Assembly: GCA_977030845.1 (NCBI GenBank)
Contig: OZ365115.1
Location: 11,284,001 to 11,348,000, forward strand
Origin: Fimbriosthenelais zetlandica
Taxonomy: Eukaryota
Reading direction: 5' to 3'
DNA: 64,000 nt
Both the position numbers and the translations under genes were made by a program. Positions within the stretch are counted from its first letter, which is position 1. Every line of letters begins with the position of its first letter. The notes beneath the pieces are model-generated. The model was not told where the DNA came from and searched no databases. It was given only the letters and a program-made list of their open reading frames with translations. Shown here piece by piece: positions 12,501-24,648 of this stretch.

Positions 12501-15500
12501 TCTTTTGAATGTCTTTCCTTTATTTGGGGAAGAGAGATTTAAATACAATTCCAGTGCACATTTTGGTATCATAAGACCTACGTACTACATGTAGCTCGAT
12601 GAGTCCACAAAGTTCAAGATGATTTGTTCTGAGTTTAACTCATATTTAGACTTCCTAATTTTAACTTTCTGACTTCCTTAAATCAACTAATAGTAAACGG
12701 TATGCAATATTCATAAAAAATAAAATGCAATACCACCAAACCACAGCAAAAATATTATTATAAAGCATAGAGCGACTGGAAACGCATGGCCAATCTCTAA
12801 GATGGATACACCTTCTCTTTTCACTCCATATAGCCACAATGCAGTAATATCCCTCCTTTTGACCAAACCCTCTGTATGGCTGAAAGGCTTTTATTAATTA
12901 ATGAATGCACCTGACTATACATATACATAGTCATTTCCTATTAATGTCATCTCAAAGTTCTCCCTCTTCTTTCCATTACTCTAACAATCCCCTCTCTCCA
13001 TCCCATAATTTCCTTTAGCCACTCCATTCAACAGCCTCCATAATCATCTTAATCCTGCGAGCTAATGTCAACATATTATCGCCCAGTTTTTTATTGTCTC
13101 GTACTCCATGTTCCTTCTTCCTTCCCCTCTCCCTAATGTCTCCCTAATCCAACTTCGTATTCCATTGTGCTGGCCTCTATAATGGTAAGGGGGTACTCTC
13201 ACTTATCTTATTCATGCTAAAATACCACTGGTTAATATTCAGTCACTTTGAATTATTCACTTCGAGACTATTTAAGTCATAATATCAATGTGTAGTTTCT
13301 GAGAGGCTGATGCAGCTTGTAATTGCTTTTCAAGCATGGATTTTCAAAAACATTTCTTTTATAATTTGATTAATATTATGCTTCTCCCTGAAATGGCAAC
13401 ACACATATAACTATAGTAAGGGTGGATCCAAGATTATTTTCAAAAGGGAGGGGTCCACATAACCTTTCAAAAATCCCCCCGAGTAAAATCATTCCTGCAT
13501 GGACAGACATACATGTACCTTTTTGTTTTCAATCACATTTTCGATTATGTAAGCGGCAATCCAGGTCTGAAAACGTCCCCGGTAGAGATTTCTTTTTATC
13601 GTTTTTGAGGGGTGGGGAGGCGAAAAGAGTTAGTGCCCCCAATCTAGAGATTGCTACTCATAAGATAAGTGATATCGTTCCCCATTCTCCTGCCAATTTC
13701 TCCCTATCTCTCCCCAATGTTCTCTGATGTCAGCCCTCCCTCGTCTTGCCATGGAGCTCTTCTTCAAAGGAGGAGTAAAAGTGATTAGCGGGAGTGTAAG
13801 CTGATGGGTCGTAGTTAATGTACTGCCGCCATCTTTGTTGATACTTAAGGTAGCTCAACAAAAGCGAAAGCTTTCAGACGTACGCCAGTTGATTTAATCT
13901 AATGGCCATGTCTTTGGGCTTTGGTTACTCGTCCTATTCCGCCTTTCCATGTCATTTTAGCTATGTTTAAGGATTCCATTTATCTCTCCTCCTCTTTGTC
14001 TATCCTCCTCTCTAGTTTTCTACTTGTTTCTTCCCTCATCTCAATCCATGGTAAGCACTTTGTGAAGGAAATATAATATTATACAAAACTTTTTGTACAT
14101 TTTCTCACATCCTGTTTCCCTTCTTATATTATTTCTTTAATCGATTATAATAATAATTTTTTCATATATTAATACAGGTTGTCCATGCCCAATGCCTTTC
14201 CCCTCTCCTCTTTCCCTCCCCACCGTCTGAAACCCCTTCCAATCCCTGCCCTAAATCCCCCACTACTTACACCCTCCCTCACCCTTTCTGCTAATATTTT
14301 TTCTCGCTTTTTGATCTCTCTCAGCCGCCAGCAAATTGATGAGAGGCTTATACAAGGAACACAAGTTGAAAGCCTAGGCTATTGCATTACTTTCAATTAG
14401 CGAATCTCAGCCTAAGCCTCTCAGTGGAAAACCTACATCGCTCGCATTAACTTAAACTCACTTCACCGTCACTGAAGGCGCTGCGGTGCACCTACTTCCG
14501 GTTCCTCTATGCCCTAGATACATTGCTCATTTCTTTGCGCAATGCAAACATCCGGCCATTCTTGAGGGCATCTTATAACCATCCTATGACAATCGTATTA
14601 ATGAGGAAGATTTTCAATCTGAAGAGAAACACTTCCTCATTAATACGATGATCATAAGATGATCGTACGATGGTCTTACGAATGGCCCGATGTTTATACG
14701 ATCCTTTACCTTGTGTCCATCAGTGTCAATATATCGGCACAGTGTGACTCGGGCATGAGGAGGGACGTTGGTAGAGCATTCACCCTGGGAGAATATCCCA
14801 GGGCTGGGGGGCAGAGTGGGGCGAGCTAACAAAGCTAATTAGTGGGTCTCTTAATGAGCCCTAGCCAGTGATCAAAACCACAAACAATACCTCCCGATAT
14901 TTCCATCACTTAATCACCGGCCCCTCCACTACCATCACTGCCTTTTATGTCTCCTGACTTTTTCCACAGGTCCCCAAGCATGGCCTCTTCCTCTGTCTAA
15001 TTTGCTCTCTAATGAACTAAACCTATAGACTCCCATCCCATCATCCAACTCCTTGTAATTGATAGAATTAATGATCACCTAATTACCACCAATTAGACTG
15101 GCCCACAAAATACTGCGTTTCAAGAGTGCCCGATTTTGTTTCCTTTGCTTAATTTAGCTTTTTTTGCTCCTTGCAGATGTGGTCAGACCACGATTCGTGT
15201 TCTGTTCCTTTATATTAATCTCCCCAATCAGAGCTACCTTGTGCTGGAAAATTATACACAGGTTTAACCAAGCTAATAATGAAATAGACAAGACCTCATC
15301 ATAGGCTAGTGTAGATTACCTGGCATTGGTCGAGGCTGGCCTAATTGTCTATTGTCAATTAAGGAGCAGCTGGAGAAGAACAGATCTGAGCAGAAATGAG
15401 CAACTCCTGTCTTTGACCCATCAGAGTGTCCCTATTTATATTGGCCTAGATGGAATGCGAACTGACACATGCCCTACCCCTATGCTTTTATCATCTATAA

Positions 15501-18500
15501 CGTCATATTAAATTTATCTGTACAAATTAAATCAATCATATCCACCAAATTGTATGAAACTATAAACAGATGGTGTGCGAGGCTATACAAAGCTCTCAAT
15601 CAATGACAGTGGTAACCCATTTTTTGTATCTTTCCAATACTGTCTATTTGATACATGCATGCACTCACAGCCCCCATTGTATAAAAATGCATTTTCATAT
15701 TGAATCTGCCCATATCCCATGTCAGACGGACCAGATGTCACATCAGTATGTTTTAACAAACTTAATGTATGTATCCATTTATCATCTGACCACAATTATA
15801 ATATGAACCTCGCGCGCTGAATTGTTATAATTCTGGATATCTTAGTGAATTCCCTTGGGAAATATATACAATTATTCTTATTTTCAGAGCAGGAAACCTG
15901 CGGATTATAAGAGCGGTTACATTTCCTCTGCGGGTTGCTGCTGGGTGGGCCAGCATGATGAGGTGGGATTCCCGTGGATGTCCAGAGGCAGGCTGGTCAT
16001 TTTGTCAGCCGATCCCCTGGAGGAAGACTTTTAAATGAAGAGAGACACAGCTCCTGATTGCCTCTGATTTGACCCACACCTTGCCCATCAACCTCCCCGA
16101 CCCAATCAACAAACAAAGAACGGCATGCCCCCATCCCCAGGACACCCTCCAAACCATGCCCAGAAACAAACCCAACCTCTCTTCGTGTTTTTATTGATGG
16201 GTCTTCAATGGAGATAATTGTGAATTGTGTTTGATGTTCCTTCCTTTAACAGTTCCACCCCCTCACCCACCCACCCCATCCGACCCCATCCACTCCCATG
16301 TCCATGTCCGCCATGCAATCAGCTGGAAGCCCAGTAAGAACAAACCTACAGTCCCTTTCTCACCTCAGAAAAAACCACAAGGCCTTCTTAAATATTCGAG
16401 ATTATAACCCAATGCTAAGAAATGAAAAAAAATATCTAATAATTGAAAATGTTTATAACAAGGGTGTAGTCCCCACCAAGTGTCGGATAAAGAGAAAGTG
16501 AGTAGCCGAAAATAGAAGGGAATACAGGGAGAATGAAAAGAAACGAACAGGAAAAATAATGGTAGACAAGGAGGGTCTTGAGAAATGAAAAATAGACGCT
16601 AGACAGAAAGAGGAAAATGTAAAGCATGGAGAAAGCAGTTAACAAGGGTGGGAAGCAGACAAGCTTGAGTATAGGAATGGTTGGAGGTCCATCCCGCAGC
16701 AGAATGACCATGAAACATCTATCTAAATCACACAGGCACTTGGGTATTTATCCCCCTGACCCTGTACAGAGCGGCCACCCATTAGCTTGTGTCCCTGCAC
16801 CCAGGGCGGCCCGCCAGGGTCATGCTTTATCGCGGCCTGTCGTTTTTATTGAAGTAATCATTGGAGAGAGGAGCCGATTCAGAGCTCAATTTAGCCATAT
16901 TGGTTCCCGCTCCCATGACAAACGAAATGGCCTCTGTCAAACTGGATCCCATGAAGATGGGTGTGCAGATGACCCCACTTCCATATACTGAAGGTGGGGC
17001 TCAGGGTGGCACAACGAGGGGGGCACTTTCTCCACTGACCGGGCTTCGTTTGGTTCATTGCATTGGGGTTTAAAATCACAATATCACCCCAGAGGAAACA
17101 CGCTGTCGAAACACAATGACAAGCTCTTCTCGAAAAGCAGCAATGGTTCTTTTGGCTTGGACCATCGAAATATATCCCCTTCTGCGATTGTCTCGTACTA
17201 AAGGATTGTGCAATGCGACCGTCGTCGAAGAACCCTACGAGAGACACTTTCAGACCACGACCCAGTTAGCAGCACTCTGAAAATAACTGGCCTGTTGCAA
17301 CACAGTTAGCAGCACCGGGCAATCTGGAGTGACATTGTCAATAGAATTTTTGGTGAATGCTTCAATGTTCAGGGAATCCTGGACCTTTCGCATTCAAGTC
17401 GAACAATCTAAGTTCTAAGCTCAAGGAGACTTAAATAGAGGGTTGTACATTTATTTTTACATAGTAACCCCCCTGTTTATTTCCATCCAACACTACCCAA
17501 GTCCTTGATATGAGAAAATTGAGACAGGCTTGAGGATGAGTGAGGAAGAGAGGGAGGAGATGGCTGTGGGGGTGGTTGGGAGGAGTGGGGGGTATGGTCA
17601 CTCATCTGACGGAGGAGGAGGTGGAGGAACCATTTAGATGGCTTCACCATAGAGACGGTTATTCCTCACTGACATACTCACTCCCATTTCCGAATCCCGC
17701 CAACGTCGCCATGGATACGACGAGCTAAGCCTTGGTCTGATGAAGAAACTGCGCTAGAGGCCTCCACTGAGCTTTCTTGGAGGGACGGGCAGGGGGCTCC
17801 TCCAGGCGAGAGCTGAGACTTAGAGATTGAAAGCGGGATGAAATATTGGGTGAAATATCCGGCCTGTCATGGGTGGTGAAGAGGGGTTAGGAGTGATTGA
17901 ACAATGGTTGAAAGCAAATGACTTTTTCTGCCACCAGCCCTAAGTGCATTGTGATGTATGAATAGTCATGGATGCTGTGTTGAATGGTGATTTCATTCAT
18001 CGGGTGATCTGATGCCAAGCCTTAGCAATGAATCTTGGATGGCATTTGTGGGATTGGGATCGGGGGTGGGGTGGGGGTAGATACTGGTTCTGGGGGGCGT
18101 GAGGGTGGGGTTCTGGCTTATATTTGATTGGTTGGATTGAAGATTCTAAGATTCAGGACTCACTATCCTAATTAGATTTTTTTCTCTCAAATACTATTTT
18201 GTATCCATTAACTATTAGTTTTGCCAGGGGCACTTGGACCTATCTTAGTGCAAATATTCCCCCATATATTCTGTTAAATTTTGCGCTGAAACATGAAGGT
18301 CCGCAGCCCAAAAGGATATGATCTAGTCCACCTTTTGGACCCACCCACACTGCCTGAGGGCGGGCCAGGCTTTGGTCTGTAAGAGAGCCTATCAATAGAA
18401 TCAATAGAAAGTGATGGGTGTCCACCATGCATAGTGAATGAGCCATGTGACAAACAGAGATAAGCATGTAAATAGGCCATGCTGCCCTGTCCCACTCCTC

Positions 18501-20587
18501 GATATTACCCCCTCCTCACTGCCTCCTCCACTGCTCCTAACATGGCTAAATATGACGAGGTCTTTAAGGCTGGGGCTCCACTGATCTGAATGTACGACAG
18601 TTGGTTAAGCGATTGGCCGGCACTGGAAAATTACACCAAAATTCCTACCATTGCATACCCAACACATAACTCAAATGCAAAACTATATTAAGGAAATGGA
18701 CGAAAGTAAAATATGTTGGTTGTACATTTGTCATATAGTGTACAATTGCAGCAAAAAAGCAGGCCAGTACACACTCACCACACACCTCTAAATGCAGAAC
18801 TTACTAAAGACTTACTGAGAAATTAATTAACAGTGAAGCCAAATAAGGAGAGTTGGGTGATGAGGCGGCAGGAGAGTGATGAGATGAAGGTGATATAGCT
18901 GAAAGGTGACCCCAATCAACCCCCGCCTGGCCAGGTCATTCAGCCAGCCTGACATTTAGAGAGAGAAAACTAGACTGTGAAGCAATCTTATGATCCAATC
19001 TGACACCAGGGTTTTGTGGATTGATTAGAAGCAGGCCTGGGAGTGGATTGAGAAGACTTATATGAGGCATGATCCGGTTAGCAATTCACTCATTGTGATA
19101 CTATTATATAATGTTCTGTGAGTGGGTGGGTGAATCGTTATTTAACGTTGGTCCATGCAGTCAGCAATATCGCAGGACCAGGCGGAAACACGCCGTCAAC
19201 CGATCTTTATGACACCAATGGTTCTTCTACAGTCCTCTGATCATAGACAGAGGGAGATGTGACTCGTCTTGATACCCCAGTTAGCAGCACTGAGTGGGAA
19301 AGGACAATGGAATATGATTGGGGAATTGAACCTGGCACCTATACTCTGTGTATGCAACAACAATGTGGGCAGCTTGATTAGCTCATCAAGCTTATATCTG
19401 CATCTTACAAATTAGATGCAGATCTTATGACACCAATAGAAAAGTTCATTTTGATAAACAATCGGCAGGAAAGTAAGCAAAACCCCTAACATTTGGTGAA
19501 AATTAAGCCTTAGTTAATGGAAGATTGTATGCACTGCTAAATTGAACTCAAGCCATCATAGGTACTAAAGTTCTCAATACACAATGCAATATTTAAATCC
19601 AGGCCAGTTTTCTATTCTTAATGGAGTGATTTTAATCTAATCCTTGGCAAATATTTGATTTATAGATGCCATCGGAAATTTGGTATGCAATTAGATTTGT
19701 GAATTGTCAATTGCAAAGCCTGGGAATATTTTAATTGATTCTAATCAGGGTGACAATTACGCACATAATAGCGCCATTAAGGCCTCCTTTTCGCCCCTGA
19801 GGGAATTACATGGTGTCATTTACATTTCCAAATTGCTCTTAGTTGAATCCAAGAAAAGGTGACATTGAGATAAATGGCAGCTAGAATATTGGCGAAGAAA
19901 GCATTAACACATTTCACATGAAAATATGTCCGGATTTATGATAAATGAATTCATTAATTTTATCAGTGAATTTTGATATTTCATTTAGAGGGGAAAATAG
20001 TTATTGAAAGTGGCTTTTTCCTTTTACAGAGTCAGATTTGTACGTAGTTTGTGGCCTTTTTCTTAATTTAGACAAGGAGTTATGAATGGTGTTCATGACT
20101 GGAACTCTGCCCGACCTAAGTTGATTTATCAGCCAATACCCAACCTTATTTGCGCTTTCACTTTTCATTTTCCCCAGTTATCAATATATTTTTAAAATAG
20201 TACCCTAATTTGGTCCCTATATTTCCTAGCTTATAACCAAAGCCAGGAATATTGGAAACGTTGAGTATATATAGCTAAGGCCTTGGATACTGTGGTAGAT
20301 ACGAGAATAATGGAATATCTGCTGTATCCATGGAAACAAAATGATGATATCATTTTGGGAGTCAGTGGATAAGGGAAGGGAGAACAGATTGTATTAGTTA
20401 GCAGACGGAGACATGGAATAAGATACAGTGATGGAATAAATCACCTATCACAGTTACCCGTCCCATGCAGGTCTGTCAGACCTGAGCTAATTTATAATAA
20501 TTAGGAGGCACATGGATTGGATCATACCTTCTATCTATATGAACCGTAAAATGGAGAGAGACTTAACTCAGTTGCACCTGCACCTGG

Positions 20588-21058
20588 TCATTCAGACGTT
20601 AGAGCACCAGCTCATTCAGGAAGTTAGCTCAGTAGGTTAGAGCACCAGCTCATTCAGGGAGTTAGGTCCGTATGTCAGAGCACCAGCTCATTCAGGGAGT
20701 TAGCTCAGTTACTGTAGGTTAGAGCACCAGCTCATTCAGGGAGTTAGCTCAGTTACTGTAGGTCAGAGCACCAGCTCATTCAGGGAGTTAGCTCAGTTAC
20801 TGTAGGTCAGAGCACCAGCTCATTCAGGGAGTTAGCTCAGTTACTGTAGGTCAGAGCACCAGCTCATTCAGGGAGTTAGCTCAGTTACTGTAGGTTAGAG
20901 CACCAGCTCATTCAGGGAGTTAGCTCAGTTACTGTAGGTCAGAGCACCAGCTCATTCAGGGAGTTAGCTCAGTTACTGTAGGTTAGAGCACCAGCTCATT
21001 CAGGGAGTTAGCTCAGTTACTGTAGGTTAGAGCACCAGCTCATTCAGGGAGTTAACTC
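20588..21058 (+). repeat. Minisatellite, 11 units (first steps 38 bp, then 44 bp), derived from a tRNA 5' half
   Basis: Unit GAGCACCAGCTCATTCAGGGAGTTAGCTCAGTTACTGTAGGTYA. Unit starts at 20602, 20640, 20678, 20722, then every 44 nt to 21030. Confidence 0.95.
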
Positions 21059-24000
21059 CATGTTAACAAATGGTTGGTTAAAAGCAAGGCGTTTTCCATG
21101 CCTAAAATCTCAGGTTACATTGATATTGAAAAATGTCACAATCATGATAAGCCAACTGCTTTAGTCATAATTATACAATATTTATATATATCTACATGCA
21201 CGTTTTGATGCATAGAATCATCTTTAATTTATCATAAGGCCTTGACTATGAACTTTGACCCTGAATATCACTGCCCTTCAAATCAGACTGTTTTAAAAAT
21301 TGATGCAAAGTATGATTAAAACACACGCTGCCAAATTTTGGCAGCAGGTTCTGACGGTCATTAATTACGGAAGAACAGGGTAAGCAATCATCTCGCGCCG
21401 ACCTTTCATTCTTAATCAATTCTGATCGATTAGACTTGCATTTCAACCCTGCAATTATTCATTAATAAATATTCTTAAACCATGGTCATGTGCATTAACA
21501 ATTTGAACATTTATTATTGTTGATATTTGGATAATCGTTTCAGAATATAATTTTAGTCAAAAAATAACATTATAATAGCTCATCGAAAATGTTGAATGTA
21601 TTTCATTGATATAATTAGTAAATTTTGGAACCTCATATAGAAAAAAAATCGTTGAAAATCATAATGGAAAATGGACTAAAATCATGCAAGAGCTTCCCAA
21701 TTAATCTATTTCCAATTACTGAACTTTATTAGGTGGGTTGGTTTACTTGGCGAAGTCACTAAAAATTTATACAAGTTTATGATAGCCGAAGGGGCCATGT
21801 AACAGTCCAATTGAAGGCAATCAAAATAACAAGGAATGAAACCATTTCTGAAGGATTTGAGTTTGAACCATGTAGCCACAACTCATACCTTTTGAAGCAG
21901 AAGGAATGTTCAGCTCTATTTCCATATTTCTATCGCTAATATTTTATCAGACGTTGACACCTGTCACTTACCTATATCTTCTCTACATAATAAATACAGT
22001 GTATCTGTTATCTGTGAACTACAGCCCAGGCAATGGCTATATGCTATATACTCATTGGCCTCCAGGCATGTGTTTAAGAATTAGTTTTTGAATTAGTTAG
22101 AAATCAGCTAAAAGTAATTGGTAATCATTTTCCCAGACCTGTCTACTAAAAGTGGGGTATTTTGTCTCAGGATGGTGTCGAATTATTTGAGTTTTTCTGG
22201 ACTTTTTATGACAATATTCATGAAAAACTTTCCCTGGGTGTGAGGGTAACTATCACGTACAGGTTTATCAGTCAAGCAAAGAGTACTGGAGATAGGAACA
22301 TGGGTAAGTTTATCCATCAACTGAAGCAGAGCTATCAGAATGAGACAGATACACAGAGACTGGCGGTCCTTCCTCGCCATGCTAACAAAGCTAACATCCT
22401 ACAAAACATATCTCAACTTATCAGTGGCTACCTCCGCTACCCTTTCAACAAGTAGACGCCAGCTACAGTCCGTCCCACCTCACTTTACATTTCAATATTG
22501 CGATTGTATGCCCATTCATAACCATTGGCTAAAGCATTGTTATGAAAGAAGCCCCTGGTCGACCAGCCTTAGCACTGTGCTCTTCTTGCTGAGTACCACG
22601 TTTATTTAGTATTTTGGTATGACCCAGCCGCAGTTTGAACCGGAGACCTTTCATACTTTAAAATGGATTGTCCAAGTGTGATGGCTAACTTGGAGGCAAG
22701 AAAGGAGAAGAGAGGGAGTGAGTGATTGATGGAGAAGGACAAGTTGATTTACAGCAGCAATGTCTCATTTCAAGCACAATTTGCCATTCCAACTGAGTGT
22801 TTTAGGTTAGCAAACTCATGCGATGTTGACTATAGACTGTCGTGTTGCTCTCAGTGCTAGTAGAGTACACGTTCCTATGATAACAGAGGTGGTGGGAGGA
22901 GAACTAGTGATGAGAATACATGGTAAATCAACCAGATCATACCTTCCTAATCTCACCACCTGCCATGGCTACACGCTGATTACCCACGGATTATAATAAT
23001 AGGTGCTACTGCCCGGATAAGCCCTGTCTAAACATGGATGGTTGGGGAGGGGGAGGCAGAGAGTTAGCAAGGCTGGGAAGGTGTATGGACTCTTCCAAGA
23101 ACTTCTTTCTTAATCCATTTTTTCTATTTATGGAGATTCAGCCAATCAGAGCACCTAACAAAAGCACGTGACCATGCAGGGAGTAGCTAATGAGAAGGTC
23201 AATATTTGTCCATGTGTCACGCCTCTAGCGGTCAGTGGTGGCAGTACTGGGGGCGGAATGTCTTGTATTGTTATTTGTCTTGTATGGTGATAGCTTTAGA
23301 AGGGACCCCTCACGGTGTTATGGGCAACTAGAAGAGGACAGCATGGCGCATACAAAAGCAGGTATTCATTAATATCAGAAACCAAAATGGAATCAAAGTA
23401 TTCTATAATAATAGTGTTTAGCATCTAGCAACTATTGGTGGAGGAAAGGAGAGCCACGCAATGACAAGACTTAGTGACAATTCAGAAATTATCAATATTG
23501 GGAAACCGGAAGTTTCTGTAGTGACATTGAGGTGCTCAGACCATCTGCTCAAGCGCACACTTCCCCTTGACATCTTGACCAATCCTTGACCTCTTGACCC
23601 CTCATCACGTGGTCACATGTTCAGATAGTGTATAGTTCAGATATGTCCACCAGGGGGTAGCAGGGTACTTCCTGTTACCGAGCATACAAGTTATGGTTGA
23701 CATTCTAGAAAATTTACCATGCAAATAGACATTGAACATTTTATCAACCAGAAGATATTGGTGTCGCTAAAATCAATATTATTTTTGCTGGCATATGTCT
23801 GGGGTATTTTAGCCTACATGGATATGTGATACTTCGGTATTCATCAACAGAAGAAATCATTTTCAGAACAAAACACAATAAATCTACTGTACGTCTTATT
23901 AATTTTAGAAATAGTTTACTGGCATACTGTTACAGGGGTCTGGACAATTCATAATTCATTCCCAATCCCAGGGCCCACACTCTATTTGTCATATCCCCTC

Positions 24001-24633
24001 AGAATCCCAATCACATCTTTCCCCAAACAACCAATGATGGATTCAGCCAATCGCAGCCCTCCCTTCCGCCGTGACCCTTGACCCTGACACAATTCCAGGT
24101 CAAGGTCGGGTCAGGTAACACGTGGTCATCTATCAGAAGTGCTGCCTCACGTGATACCTGAGGTCAGTCTGTGTGACCTTGACCTTGACCTTGAGGTGGT
24201 GTATAGTGACATTGTTAACCTGGACATTGTTAGTGTAACTAGTGTGAGACACACACTGCATCACCAATGACACCTGGTGGCCGCCCGAGTAATGAGTAGG
24301 GCACGTGTAGGTCTTGCTTAACCATGAAGGGAACTATTTCTTCCGTACCTTTGTCAGAAAAAGTCATACCTAGACGTATCCGCCCCAAAAATAGCCATTG
24401 TGCTATTGTAAAGGCACTCCTTTTACACAATCTGGGCCTCCTCTGTCTAACAATACAGCTGTCCTGGACGTTTGGAATGCCATCTTTTTTCGTCTTCTCC
24501 CCTCCCCACCCATACTTTCTCTCAATCTCACCCTGTACATTTGCTTAGGGACTGTCATCTGCCACAATCAACGACCCTTTATCCTTGCACACAACACCCA
24601 ATGCCACAAAATTATTTTCACTATACAACTCAC

Positions 24634-24648
24634 CATTATAAGTTCAAA
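24634..24648 (-). other. Candidate 15-nt microexon ending in ATG (contains TGA in phase 1)
   Basis: gtgttttcttgtagcgggcttttacag|tttgaacttataatg|gtgagt. Both splice sites are strong. Confidence 0.35.

Noticed and set aside
17682-17863. Possible minus-strand exon (donor GGA|GTGAGT, open in phase 0)
   Set aside because: Weak acceptor, 182 nt, phase incompatible with the other exons, and it contains an X-box. More likely an enhancer, though not excluded.
278-18500. Possible decayed LINE/LTR coding remnants (about 280-545, 3390-3640, 9970-10190, 10940-11230, 18240-18500)
   Set aside because: Composition is suggestive, but I could not identify any RT, integrase or transposase motif by eye; this needs a RepeatMasker/tBLASTn search.
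20588-21058. Regular repeat array as a CRISPR
   Set aside because: Units are contiguous with no unique spacers, there are no cas genes, and the context is eukaryotic.
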